This document shows positions 27,803 to 37,123 of a DNA stretch of 64,000 bases, in pieces. Positions within the stretch are counted from its first letter, which is position 1. Each line of letters opens with the position of its first letter. The position numbers and the translations under genes were made by a program. This DNA comes from a virus. Where the stretch lies: positions 85,877 through 149,876 of the IMG/VR virus record IMGVR_UViG_3300027365_000009. The stretch is one strand, 5' to 3'. The notes below the pieces were generated by a model. The model made no database searches, was not told the DNA's origin, and worked only from the letters and a program-made list of their open reading frames with translations.

Positions 27803-28369
27803 ATGTACACCGATATGTCTTTATTCAACGCCGATACCCGCCAATGTTTTCAAGACTTTCTTGGCGAGCTTCTTCTCGCACATGGGGAGGGGGAAGTCCC
27901 GGACTTTGCACTGAAGGAAAACGACCGCCCAGATAAATGTGATCGCAATACCCTGTATGTTGATATATGCCGCGATGTAGTTGAGTTACGTCGTCCTTTC
28001 CCCCAAATGCATGGACTGATTGATCACTTGGTCGAGCGTGTAAGTCTTCCTTACCTGTTGACTAAAAAACCTGATCAAGGTGTTGTCTCAATCACAGATG
28101 CGATGTCGGGACTCCTTCAACGGCTCTACCCGAGTCATCAAAAGATTCATCGCCTTAAGTTAGACCATGACAACCGATTTGGGCGCGATGTGGTCAACTA
28201 TGCAACTTTCCGAAATGAACTGCGAGCGTCGTTCTATCGGTTAGAGAAAGAACCCGCCGTAAAGGCGGTAAGGATCGCCATCACCTCTTCGGGCATGGTG
28301 TCGATCACAGTAATGAGTAGCCGTGGAATTCCCATTTCCGAATACACCCGCCGTTTCACTTTCCAATAA
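27803..28369 (+). CDS. Hypothetical protein
   Basis: 188 aa ORF. Confidence 0.7.
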   Translation: MYTDMSLFNADTRQCFQDFLGELLLAHGEGEVPDFALKENDRPDKCDRNTLYVDICRDVVELRRPFPQMHGLIDHLVERVSLPYLLTKKPDQGVVSITDAMSGLLQRLYPSHQKIHRLKLDHDNRFGRDVVNYATFRNELRASFYRLEKEPAVKAVRIAITSSGMVSITVMSSRGIPISEYTRRFTFQ

Positions 28370-28379
28370 AGGAATACTC

Positions 28380-28541
28380 ATGGCCGATAATAGTCTTAAT
28401 GCCCTGATGAAACAGTATCAGGATACCAATCGGGAACATCCGGAACCGTCACCACAGAAGGTGTTGAAAAACGAACTCGATCGGGCCTTCGAGCGTAGCC
28501 GTACTCACCGAACGGTGGAAATCAACTTTATCGGTCTCTAA
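28380..28541 (+). CDS. Hypothetical protein
   Basis: ATG 28380 with RBS AAGGA. Confidence 0.6.
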   Translation: MADNSLNALMKQYQDTNREHPEPSPQKVLKNELDRAFERSRTHRTVEINFIGL

Positions 28542-28551
28542 GGAAAACATC

Positions 28552-29352
28552 ATGAAAACGTTCATCTACATTGTACTAAGCTTTCTGTTTTTCGGTATCA
28601 CGGCCGAAGCCCATGCCGACTGGTGGTATAAAGAAACACCCTCTTTTCTGAGCGACCAGTACCCTGACACGCTTTCCTGCCGTACAGACGGTTTAAACCA
28701 CTCGGGGAAATTGAGTGTTCTCTGTTATCCTAAAGGGATTGCAGCTACGGAACAAGTCCTGGTGAAAACCACCGACGGGAAGGTTCAGGTCGAAAGCCAT
28801 GACACTGTGGCCATAGCGAATTGCAGTCAGGGTCTGTGTGTGGATACGCGCTACGGCGATTACATGGGAAAACTGGACCTTTCGCGTCTTCCCGACGCTT
28901 CAAGAAAAATACTCGGGTTAGATTTCATTAAGGTCTTCAGTGGGTACTACCTCCATCTCAACGACGACGATATCATCGTTGCCTATCGGGTGGGGACAGG
29001 TCCGTTAGCGGACGATTTCCCGATTCCACTGATCGAAGACGACGCTGGTGCATTCTATCATGACCTGGCGGGTGTCGAGGAGACCACTGAGTCGGCGATC
29101 ACCGTCAGCGCACCCCAGGGATCGTCCATGTCCGGAGGTCAAACTGACGAAACCTACGATCTCTGGTGCGACCCTCGAGGAGATTACTGCTATTACACTA
29201 CCGACGATGGGACGGGATACGAGCTCACACGTGAAGAGCTCACTACGTACATCCCGATCGCACAGGACACCAGTGATTGCGACATGGAAGTGTGCTATGA
29301 TGCTGACATGAATGTCATTGGTCTCAATCCTCAATATCACCTCTACGATTGA
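28552..29352 (+). CDS. Secreted Cys-containing acidic protein
   Basis: Signal peptide MKTFIYIVLSFLFFGITAEAHA-D with an A-x-A site. Paired cysteines. Confidence 0.75.
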   Translation: MKTFIYIVLSFLFFGITAEAHADWWYKETPSFLSDQYPDTLSCRTDGLNHSGKLSVLCYPKGIAATEQVLVKTTDGKVQVESHDTVAIANCSQGLCVDTRYGDYMGKLDLSRLPDASRKILGLDFIKVFSGYYLHLNDDDIIVAYRVGTGPLADDFPIPLIEDDAGAFYHDLAGVEETTESAITVSAPQGSSMSGGQTDETYDLWCDPRGDYCYYTTDDGTGYELTREELTTYIPIAQDTSDCDMEVCYDADMNVIGLNPQYHLYD

Positions 29353-29408
29353 CCTACGCAGCACCGATTACCGAAGTTACTCACCAACGAAATTATAAAG
29401 AGGACTCT

Positions 29409-29999
29409 ATGTCAAATCTGCTGGCCAACATCCTGGAAGAGGACGTTCGCATGACCCAATACAAAAAAGCGCTGAAGGCGCTGGAGGACGTCATCCGTGA
29501 TGACGAGTATCGGACCATTGAGGACTCCGCTGTCGCGCAAGCTGGAGTGGTTGTCGCGGACTTCACGTTGGGTGCTGTCGCCCTGCGGTGGATCTTCACC
29601 AACTACACCTATTTCTTCATTGATCTGATGAAGGAAATGGGTCGGCTGAGTTACGTCCTTAAGGATCGTCAAACCAAGTACGATCCCTATAAGACATCGG
29701 TGTCGATGATCGCCACATTCTGCTTGTGGGTAGTAAAAGATTATGCCGCTGAGCGGGAAGGTCGTATCACACCCGCAATGGGTCTCAGAGAAGCGAACCG
29801 CGTGATGCGTTCACTGAAAGTCCCGGATGACATTCAAATTCACGTTCGGTCGGCGTTCCGACACCATTTCAGGCTGTACATCTCGGAATCCGGATGCTAC
29901 CACTGTGGTCTTACCCAGATGGTAGCGGAGGGTACAGTCTCCCCCAAAACGGGCTGGGGGAGCGGCACGGTCGTTCGCCTTCCCTCAGGTAACAAGTGA
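29409..29999 (+). CDS. Hypothetical protein
   Basis: ATG 29409 with RBS GAGGA. Confidence 0.75.
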   Translation: MSNLLANILEEDVRMTQYKKALKALEDVIRDDEYRTIEDSAVAQAGVVVADFTLGAVALRWIFTNYTYFFIDLMKEMGRLSYVLKDRQTKYDPYKTSVSMIATFCLWVVKDYAAEREGRITPAMGLREANRVMRSLKVPDDIQIHVRSAFRHHFRLYISESGCYHCGLTQMVAEGTVSPKTGWGSGTVVRLPSGNK

Positions 30000-30008
30000 G
30001 TGATCCAT

Positions 30009-30051
30009 GAGGCCCCCGCGGGGGTCTCTTTTTTTTTTCGTTTTTTTTTTT
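30009..30051 (+). terminator. Intrinsic terminator
   Basis: GAGGCCCC-cgcg-GGGGTCTC followed by two long T runs. Confidence 0.85.
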
Positions 30052-30089
30052 GTTCCCAATCACATGTACTAACTACAACAGGGAACAGA

Positions 30090-30476
30090 ATGATGCCATC
30101 TACCACCTACGCAGCCACTGAGCGTGTTAAACTCCAAGATCCGCTATTATTAAAGTATGCTGCATTGGCTGCCAATTACACCATTCATGACGTATTGCCT
30201 TCAGGGGAATTGCTCATCGGTGAATATCCCGAAGGTTACTGGAATCCCCTATCCTGTAGCGTAAGTGCCCTACACCTGACAGGAACGCTCAGTATGAGTG
30301 TCTCTTCGGTATTACAGCAAGGTCACGGCGTGATGCCCTATTACCAGATTACGGTGTGGTCGCCTTATCTCCCCGGACGACCATTGATTCTCCACGGAAG
30401 CCAATACCCGCAGCTTTATCGGGACGCCGTCACGCTCCTGGCGGCACAATGCTACATCGCGACCATCGACGATTAA
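30090..30476 (+). CDS. Hypothetical protein
   Basis: ATG 30090. Confidence 0.65.
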   Translation: MMPSTTYAATERVKLQDPLLLKYAALAANYTIHDVLPSGELLIGEYPEGYWNPLSCSVSALHLTGTLSMSVSSVLQQGHGVMPYYQITVWSPYLPGRPLILHGSQYPQLYRDAVTLLAAQCYIATIDD

Positions 30477-30487
30477 AAGGAAACCCC

Positions 30488-30919
30488 ATGTACTTCTTTA
30501 TTGATTGTGAGTTTAACTCGTTAGGCGGGAACCTCATTTCTTTGGCGCTAGTAGCGGAAGACGGAGTGCATGAGTTCTATGAGGTGTTAAAACTCAACGA
30601 ACCGATAGATCCCTGGGTCGAAGAAAACGTCATGCCTCATCTTGAGAAAGACGCCATCGAATATGCGATCTTCCAAGACAAGCTAAAGAAGTTCCTCAAG
30701 CAATTCCCTAAAGTCCACGTGCTTGCCGATTACCCCATCGATTTGAAACACTTCTGTCAATCGATCGAAACGGGTGCCGGAGATTGGATGGAAATTCAGC
30801 CCCTGGTACTTGAAATTGACGACGATTTGTCAGCTAAGGCATCCAAGGTCCCACACAACGCTCTACATGATGCTCGGGCCCTGAGGGAGTCATGGTTGAA
30901 AAAGGAAGGAGTACTTTAA
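30488..30919 (+). CDS. DEDDh 3'-5' exonuclease
   Basis: FIDCEF...LISLALV and HNALHDARAL. Confidence 0.85.
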   Translation: MYFFIDCEFNSLGGNLISLALVAEDGVHEFYEVLKLNEPIDPWVEENVMPHLEKDAIEYAIFQDKLKKFLKQFPKVHVLADYPIDLKHFCQSIETGAGDWMEIQPLVLEIDDDLSAKASKVPHNALHDARALRESWLKKEGVL

Positions 30920-30920
30920 G

Positions 30921-31652
30921 ATGTCCAAGCCACACACTCGCCACACAATGAAATATCAAAAACCCCTGTCGCCTGAAGAGTTGGTGGTTAAGAAACCTCA
31001 ACGCAGAAGCTCGGGCGAAGGATTGCTACGCCGATTGATGGCGAGTAGCTACCCTCACGCCATATTTGCCAACACAGCTTATAAGCTGGTAGATGGGATC
31101 GATAAAGAACAATTCGAGCTTTCTCAAGAACAAATCCTCAGTGAGTTGGCTAAAGTGGAAGGAGAATTTAGCTTTCTCGACTTCCCACGTTACATCGAAC
31201 TAAAGCGTCACGACGAGGGTATAGTTGTTACCTTTCGCCGCCTAATACTCGACGATTCCGCATCGACCATTAAAGACCAACGCCACCACCATGAGGATTT
31301 AGCGGAATACCACCTCAATGTTGATGATTCTGTCGTAATTGATCGGGTTGAAGACATTGTTATGGAGTGGGCTAATGCCCATTATCACGTAGCCGTTCCG
31401 TTCCAGCTTCGGACGAAGAACATTAATGATTCAGAATGGGTTCTTCAGAGCAAAGTAATGAAAGCGGAACGTAACACATGGGACCTTAGAGATGTGAAGT
31501 TTGCAAAAGAAGCCCACAACGGCGTGTTTTCTGATGTAGTAAACGCGATGAAAGCGAGTATGGAGAAACCGCGGTTTCATGTCGCCATGACCCCCAAAGC
31601 CATCTTCTGTTTTGATCAGGGTCTAAAGATCACTACTGCCCGTATTAAGTAA
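30921..31652 (+). CDS. Hypothetical protein
   Basis: 243 aa ORF. Confidence 0.75.
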   Translation: MSKPHTRHTMKYQKPLSPEELVVKKPQRRSSGEGLLRRLMASSYPHAIFANTAYKLVDGIDKEQFELSQEQILSELAKVEGEFSFLDFPRYIELKRHDEGIVVTFRRLILDDSASTIKDQRHHHEDLAEYHLNVDDSVVIDRVEDIVMEWANAHYHVAVPFQLRTKNINDSEWVLQSKVMKAERNTWDLRDVKFAKEAHNGVFSDVVNAMKASMEKPRFHVAMTPKAIFCFDQGLKITTARIK

Positions 31653-31653
31653 C

Positions 31654-31691
31654 GGCATACACTCCCTCCCGGTATGGGAGGGAGGTATGTC
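31654..31691. terminator. Bidirectional hairpin with CATA/TATG flanks between convergent genes
   Basis: GGCATAC-a-CTCCCTCCC-ggtat-GGGAGGGAG-GTATGTC. Confidence 0.75.
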
Positions 31692-31692
31692 A

Positions 31693-33486
31693 TTAAATGG
31701 GAGTGAGACCCACGCCATCGTAATTAAACGGATTGCCTGTGGACGCGGATTGAATGGTGCAGGGGTACGGTAGTATCTTTTTCAATTCAGAAAATGCCTT
31801 AAACTCCCACGACCCCACAACTGGATCAAACACACCAAAGGTTATTCCCTGTTCATCCATGATGTACCATGTATCGTCACCAACTACATTTAGTTCGGCA
31901 TCAATATCCCCACTCGTTGCCACTGTATGTGGAGTGACAGTGGGGAACGTATTACCCCCACCCTCTAACAAAGCGCGCTGCTCTAGGCTGATTCTCTGCA
32001 ACACCGCCGCCAATGAGAGATAACTGCCACCGTAGTGTCGCGTTACATAATCCGCTAACTCCTCGACGAGGCTATAGCGATTTAGTCCTGACGCATCGAC
32101 ACTTTGAAGCTCTTCTAGTGTTAGTGATGTGTTGTAAGAGCCTGACAGAGGGATGGGTTGCGTTTCTACCGAATGCGTTGATGCATACCGGATTGGGGCA
32201 TCAATCTGTATATCGACAGTGACGTTATCGAAAGTTGGGAACCCAGTACTTCCTGGAATTGCCCATTGATAAGTGGTACCATCGGTCTGGTTTGTCTGAA
32301 ACGTGCCCGCAAACACCCCGTCGACGTAAATGCGCCCAAATAACGTACCCAATTCCGCATCAAGATTTTCGATGCGTATATCGCCGATACCACGAAATGT
32401 GGTTAGTCCTCTGGCGGTAGGGACGGTTCGATCCAGCCTTCCTGGATAGATAAACTCTCCGTCCACCACCGTGAAGGCATAACGTTCGGTTACCACAGAG
32501 CCATCGTCCATCAAGCCCAGGAAATTAACTTCATGCTTTCCTGGAATGGTCAGGTCGGTAGGTGGGATTGATGTCGGACTATACGTCGTGACTTCTGTCA
32601 CCACCACACGGGATTCTGATCCCCCCGCCCAAATGTCTTCTGCGTCAGCCATTCCACTGTAAAGTGGGTGGTCGCCGTACGTACTCCTTAAAAACCCCAC
32701 ATTGACTGGTGTGCGATCATAGTCATCCGTGAAATAAGCGCCGAAGTTAACAGCAATCCGATTCACTAGCGTAAAGAACCCAGTGTGGGGGAGCATTGCC
32801 GCATCCATCCCCGAGAGTACCGGACCATGATCTGTAATCAAGATCATTCCATTACCCTGTTCTCTGTATGTCACAATATCCTGAACAGAAGAGTTAGTAA
32901 TAACGTCGAAGTTATCGGTAGCGACACTTGCCATGACAATGATGCATGCGTACTGATCAAGTTCAGCAAACGTGGGGGTGAGAGTACCACCCCAGTCGTC
33001 TCGGTCTTTTATTGTGAGCGTAAATCCCGCAATATTACACAATCGCTCAAAACTCGTTCTAAAGTCGCTTGCGTTGGTCCCCTTTAGTGAATATGATTGG
33101 CCTAATATAGCATCACCGAAGGCCAGGACTTTTTTATTGCCCGCTGCAACTTTTTCGGGGTTAGCGGTAAAGTTCAACGCGTTATATAGAAACTTGAAAC
33201 TCCCATTAAGATCCCCGAACGTGGTGTCGGTACTCAATGGACCATTTGTGTTGTAAAATTTAGGGAATCCCCCGTCATACACTACATTCCCTTTCCCGTC
33301 TTGGGTGACAGCAAGGAAGGGATTCGGGGGGTTGAGAGTATCGTACGCAATATACTCGGAAATGGCAGGAGGAAGGGAGTTAATCGAACTCGCCACTTGA
33401 CGTACTGACGGATTAGCAGTCCAGTTGATGGTCTGGGTGGTACTATAATAGCGAGGTTCTTTATCCGGGGTAAAGACAGCCATCAT
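31693..33486 (-). CDS. Putative virion structural (tail fibre-associated) protein
   Basis: 597 aa, Thr/Gly/Asp-rich, with RBS AGGAGG. Product is inferred from composition and context. Confidence 0.6.
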   Translation of the reverse strand: MMAVFTPDKEPRYYSTTQTINWTANPSVRQVASSINSLPPAISEYIAYDTLNPPNPFLAVTQDGKGNVVYDGGFPKFYNTNGPLSTDTTFGDLNGSFKFLYNALNFTANPEKVAAGNKKVLAFGDAILGQSYSLKGTNASDFRTSFERLCNIAGFTLTIKDRDDWGGTLTPTFAELDQYACIIVMASVATDNFDVITNSSVQDIVTYREQGNGMILITDHGPVLSGMDAAMLPHTGFFTLVNRIAVNFGAYFTDDYDRTPVNVGFLRSTYGDHPLYSGMADAEDIWAGGSESRVVVTEVTTYSPTSIPPTDLTIPGKHEVNFLGLMDDGSVVTERYAFTVVDGEFIYPGRLDRTVPTARGLTTFRGIGDIRIENLDAELGTLFGRIYVDGVFAGTFQTNQTDGTTYQWAIPGSTGFPTFDNVTVDIQIDAPIRYASTHSVETQPIPLSGSYNTSLTLEELQSVDASGLNRYSLVEELADYVTRHYGGSYLSLAAVLQRISLEQRALLEGGGNTFPTVTPHTVATSGDIDAELNVVGDDTWYIMDEQGITFGVFDPVVGSWEFKAFSELKKILPYPCTIQSASTGNPFNYDGVGLTPI

Positions 33487-33493
33487 AGCCTCC

Positions 33494-33856
33494 TTAGGTC
33501 AGACGTGGGACGTCGATGCGGACATGACATGTCACACTGCTGGTTCGGTAGTTATGTAGTCTTACCGTCCCAGTGGCGTTGGCACCAACGGTGATTACGC
33601 CCTCTGAGTTGATGTACAAATTATGCGTTGGTGATGTGGTTTCATCATCTAATACTTTAACTTCAACACGTGCGGAGAGTAGATCATAGTTGGCGGAATC
33701 CGCCCCAATCAGGGCGGCGACATCATAGTCTTTAGTTCCATTGCCACTTAATGTGACTTGCTCCGATATCAGAGCGATACCTAGGTTGGATCTAAGGTAG
33801 TCTTTTATTGCCTGGGTATAGTTGCTAATCGACGTGGTTAAGTCAGCTAGTGCCAT
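33494..33856 (-). CDS. Putative virion structural protein
   Basis: 120 aa with RBS AGGAG, co-oriented with the preceding gene. Confidence 0.6.
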   Translation of the reverse strand: MALADLTTSISNYTQAIKDYLRSNLGIALISEQVTLSGNGTKDYDVAALIGADSANYDLLSARVEVKVLDDETTSPTHNLYINSEGVITVGANATGTVRLHNYRTSSVTCHVRIDVPRLT

Positions 33857-33871
33857 AAGGAATGCTCCTGT

Positions 33872-35920
33872 TTACCATGTGGTGTACACGGGTCGGGTGT
33901 TTATCAATTGACGCTCCAGGGTTTTGAGATCGTAGGTCTCTTCCAATTCGTACGCCTCACTAGACACCGTCATGGTACCGTTATCCTCAGATACGTCGAA
34001 CGGAGACTTAATCCCTAGGATAGCCTCCACTTGTTGTTGAGACCATGCCAAGATATCGCCGGAGCGTGTGGAGATGTTAGGTTCATTTCCAGTGTCGAGG
34101 AAACATTCCCACACCGTCGTTTGGGTGTCAGCTCCGAGGCGATGAATCCGGCTGATCGCTTGTTCACGAATGTACGCACGGAACGGTGCGTTAATCATGA
34201 TCATCGTATCGGCCATAGTGAGTGGGACTGCGGTGGACAGTGACTGATAGGTCGCGATGAGGGGGTTGAGGTCTTCCTGTCGGTCAAACTGCTGGACCGT
34301 TTTATTCAGTTCACTGTTATTCTTTCCGTACACCATCACCGGGTTCATTTCCTGTTTGGTGAGGTGGTCATAGGACGCCTCGAGTGCCTCAACAAATGAC
34401 GTAAATACCACGGTCTTCTTCGGGGTCGATCCACACACCCCTTTGAAGTCAATGTGGGGTACCATGTCCACATGACACTGAATGCGTTTACGTCCTAGAA
34501 TGCGACCTAACGCCTCACCCTGGATTTTCAAGTTTACGTACTTAACGATAGACTTGATGTCCTTGAACTCATTGCGAAGTTCTTTGGGGAGACTTGGGAT
34601 AATATACCGTTTCTCGTAGTCGTTAGATCGTTTGATCTCTTCGGCACAGAACCGCGCGTCCCCATTGAACTTCTGGACCTTCTTAACATCTTCCCGATAG
34701 ATCGCTAGGTCGGCTGCGTGCTTACGGTCCTTGACTTGGTCAGCATGGATCTTCATACATTTGTCGTAAAACGCATGATCGTCCTTTTTCCGACTCTGGT
34801 AATACTTAGTCCTTTCCGCAATAAACGCTTTCATGTCTTTGCGGATTTCCGTTAAGGTATAATCCCTACCGTTCGGGATTACCACCGGGAGTTTCTTCAT
34901 CACTGGCTTATCTAGACCAAGTTGATGTTTCTCGACCTTAAAAGCGATCTTTCCAATACGATGTTGAAGAATGTCCAAAGCACGCAGACCGTCACGTCCA
35001 TAGATTTTCTTGAACCGTTCCTCTACGTCCTTGGTGAAATAAGGATCAATCGCCCTGAGAAGCGGAATCGCTTCACTACCAATACTCTTGAACGGCGTCC
35101 CTGAGGCGTATAGCGTATCAGTGGGCTCAAGCTTTTCCAGCAAGGTAAGGAACTTCTGGGTACGTTGACTACCGATGTCGTTCAGATTATGGGATTCATC
35201 CAGGATCACTACCGTACGTTCGGTGCGTAGGTCATTGGCGAGATCCAATGCTTTATCTAGCGCCTCATAATGGAAGATCGCAACATGTTCGTTTTTGAAC
35301 GGTTTGTCGTGCTGGGCGACCCAACTCGACGGGGCTTTCTTGAATAGTTTATTGACCTCACTTTCCCAGACACGCTCTGTGGCATTTTTAGGGCAGACCA
35401 CCACAATCCGTTCAGCCTTTAAACAGTTGGCAATAGTGAGGCCCATCAGGGTCTTACCACTACCCGCTACCGCAGCAAGAAGGTATCCTTTAAGTTGGTA
35501 CTGCTGGGTGAGTCGATCATATTCTTCATAAAACGTCTGTTGGTAATCCAACGGACGGTAGATCATGTCATTGACAAGGGACAAATCCATTCTCGGCTTC
35601 GGTTCCAACTGTGTGTCTTGGAGCCAGGTGTGTTCGAGAAGTAGATCCTTGATCTTAGTCAGAGTACGGACATTGGTCCACCGGGAACGATGGGTAGTCA
35701 TCGTCTCCAACATGTAATAAATGTCGGTCGCAAAAAAGATAGGAAACGCCAGCGTGTTACGTGACGCGGTCGTGAACATGTACTGGTTAATGCGCGATGT
35801 CTTCCAAATGCGTGAAATATCGCGGGCCATGGTATCAGCAGGAATCCCGCTGATCACAATTTCTTTTTCGGTCTGAGTGACTTTAATGTTGCCAAGAATG
35901 CGGCGGATTTTAGAGAACAC
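33872..35920 (-). CDS. SF2 (SNF2-like) helicase
   Basis: Motifs AGSGKT, VVCP, ILDESH, SGTP and QAISRIHRLG. Confidence 0.92.
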   Translation of the reverse strand: MFSKIRRILGNIKVTQTEKEIVISGIPADTMARDISRIWKTSRINQYMFTTASRNTLAFPIFFATDIYYMLETMTTHRSRWTNVRTLTKIKDLLLEHTWLQDTQLEPKPRMDLSLVNDMIYRPLDYQQTFYEEYDRLTQQYQLKGYLLAAVAGSGKTLMGLTIANCLKAERIVVVCPKNATERVWESEVNKLFKKAPSSWVAQHDKPFKNEHVAIFHYEALDKALDLANDLRTERTVVILDESHNLNDIGSQRTQKFLTLLEKLEPTDTLYASGTPFKSIGSEAIPLLRAIDPYFTKDVEERFKKIYGRDGLRALDILQHRIGKIAFKVEKHQLGLDKPVMKKLPVVIPNGRDYTLTEIRKDMKAFIAERTKYYQSRKKDDHAFYDKCMKIHADQVKDRKHAADLAIYREDVKKVQKFNGDARFCAEEIKRSNDYEKRYIIPSLPKELRNEFKDIKSIVKYVNLKIQGEALGRILGRKRIQCHVDMVPHIDFKGVCGSTPKKTVVFTSFVEALEASYDHLTKQEMNPVMVYGKNNSELNKTVQQFDRQEDLNPLIATYQSLSTAVPLTMADTMIMINAPFRAYIREQAISRIHRLGADTQTTVWECFLDTGNEPNISTRSGDILAWSQQQVEAILGIKSPFDVSEDNGTMTVSSEAYELEETYDLKTLERQLINTRPVYTTW

Positions 35921-36062
35921 GAAAATTGCCTCGGGCGTGGATAGGTTGCGAAATCATAAGATTGACGACATAACCGGATGACCTCCCTGCGCGTGGGAGG
36001 TCGGTACCACAACTGTAACAGTGTGTCTTACATAGTATTACGTATAATGCCCTAATGTTATA

Positions 36063-36233
36063 GCACTGGTAGGGTTCGGCGTAATGCCCTACGTTAAGGA
36101 AGGTGATCCAGTCGCTAAAGGTCGGTAGGAGGATGAGTTCCGCACTACCGGCTGGGGGTCAACCAATCACCGTGAGGTGACCGTATCCCCACCCTAGGCT
36201 ACCGGTGCGCATCGCCCTCCCTTCGGGGAGGGC
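36063..36233 (+). ncRNA. Putative structured ncRNA A plus terminator hairpin
   Basis: Closing helix GCACTGGTAG (36063-72)/CTACCGGTGC (36199-208). Inner helices GTAGGG/CCCTAC, GTCGGTAG/CTACCGGC and TCACC-GTGA-GGTGA (GNRA loop). UUCG hairpin at 36214-33. Confidence 0.55.
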
Positions 36234-36260
36234 CCCTATTCCAACTCTTAGGTGTTAACC

Positions 36261-36401
36261 ATGGATATTCCTCCTGAAGGTACATCCCCTGAGGAAACGA
36301 TCAACCATTGTTTACATGAGCTTCTGTCTCGACAACGACCTCTTGATGAAGAATTTCAGCGTGTCTTAAACGAAGAGGCGTTCGACCTCTACGAGGAGTA
36401 G
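36261..36401 (+). CDS. Small acidic protein (46 aa)
   Basis: Not in the track. RBS AGGTG. Sequence MDIPPEG...QRPLDEEFQRVLNEEAFDLYEE. Confidence 0.55.
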   Translation: MDIPPEGTSPEETINHCLHELLSRQRPLDEEFQRVLNEEAFDLYEE

Positions 36402-36804
36402 TTATACGCACAGTACCCATGATGTGCTGAGGTACATAACTACCGAAGCATTTTAGAAAGTTCGCCGCCCATTGGCTTAGTGGCAGGCGAGCACCACTAA
36501 ACAAGAACGGTAGTATGAATTGTTCCTAAACCCATTTCTCGTGTTTCTATCGTCTCTTTTGGTTCTTCTTTGGTTAACCCGACCCTGTGGTGGGCAGTTG
36601 GGGTTTACCTGGTCTGAAGAGCATCGTGAAACGCGGGACACACTAAAGATTGGGTGTTCATTACACCGCAACGCTCTGGCCGTTGTATGGATAATGACGC
36701 TTAGTCTAGGCCCACCACCCAGTAAGTCGTGGTTAAAACGAAACACTCCCCTGCGGGAGTGATACCCGACGCGGGTATAAGGAGCCTCCCATGTGGGAGG
36801 CTCC
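36398..36804 (+). ncRNA. Putative structured ncRNA(s) B/C
   Basis: Rod at 36435-36517 and long-range helices 36574-95/36710-36 enclosing several hairpins. Serial hairpins continue to 36804. No convincing ORF. Confidence 0.5.
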
Positions 36805-36912
36805 TATGTCGTAGGGTAGTATTATTACGATAAAGATAATCTTATGACGAGATGTGTGAGTCTCATAATACCAAACCAAAACGCAATCACGCAGCACTGA
36901 AGGATACCACCC

Positions 36913-37101
36913 ATGGATTTACCCAATGATACCTTTTTAGTTGACCAACATGTGTTAGATCTCCCGGTACAGGCCATTAGCCTCGACTGCAATTTCTGGC
37001 AGGGAATGGACCCCTACATGGAAGTCCCACAAGAAATGACTCGCTATGTCCCAGACCTTATCGACTGTGGGGAGTTTGGTCAGCGCCTACTAGAAAACTG
37101 A
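36913..37101 (+). CDS. Hypothetical protein
   Basis: RBS AAGGA. Confidence 0.6.
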   Translation: MDLPNDTFLVDQHVLDLPVQAISLDCNFWQGMDPYMEVPQEMTRYVPDLIDCGEFGQRLLEN

Positions 37102-37123
37102 TTATCGTCTAAAAGGTATTGTA

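Noticed and set aside
30028-30051. Phase-variable homopolymer tracts (also 11605, 26655, 41472, 41783)
   Set aside because: All are intergenic and mostly follow hairpins or gene ends, consistent with terminator tails.
36614-36632. Hammerhead ribozyme core (CTGAAGA...GAAAC)
   Set aside because: Stem II would be only 2 bp, and I could not build a stem I next to a valid cleavage triplet. An Infernal search would settle it.
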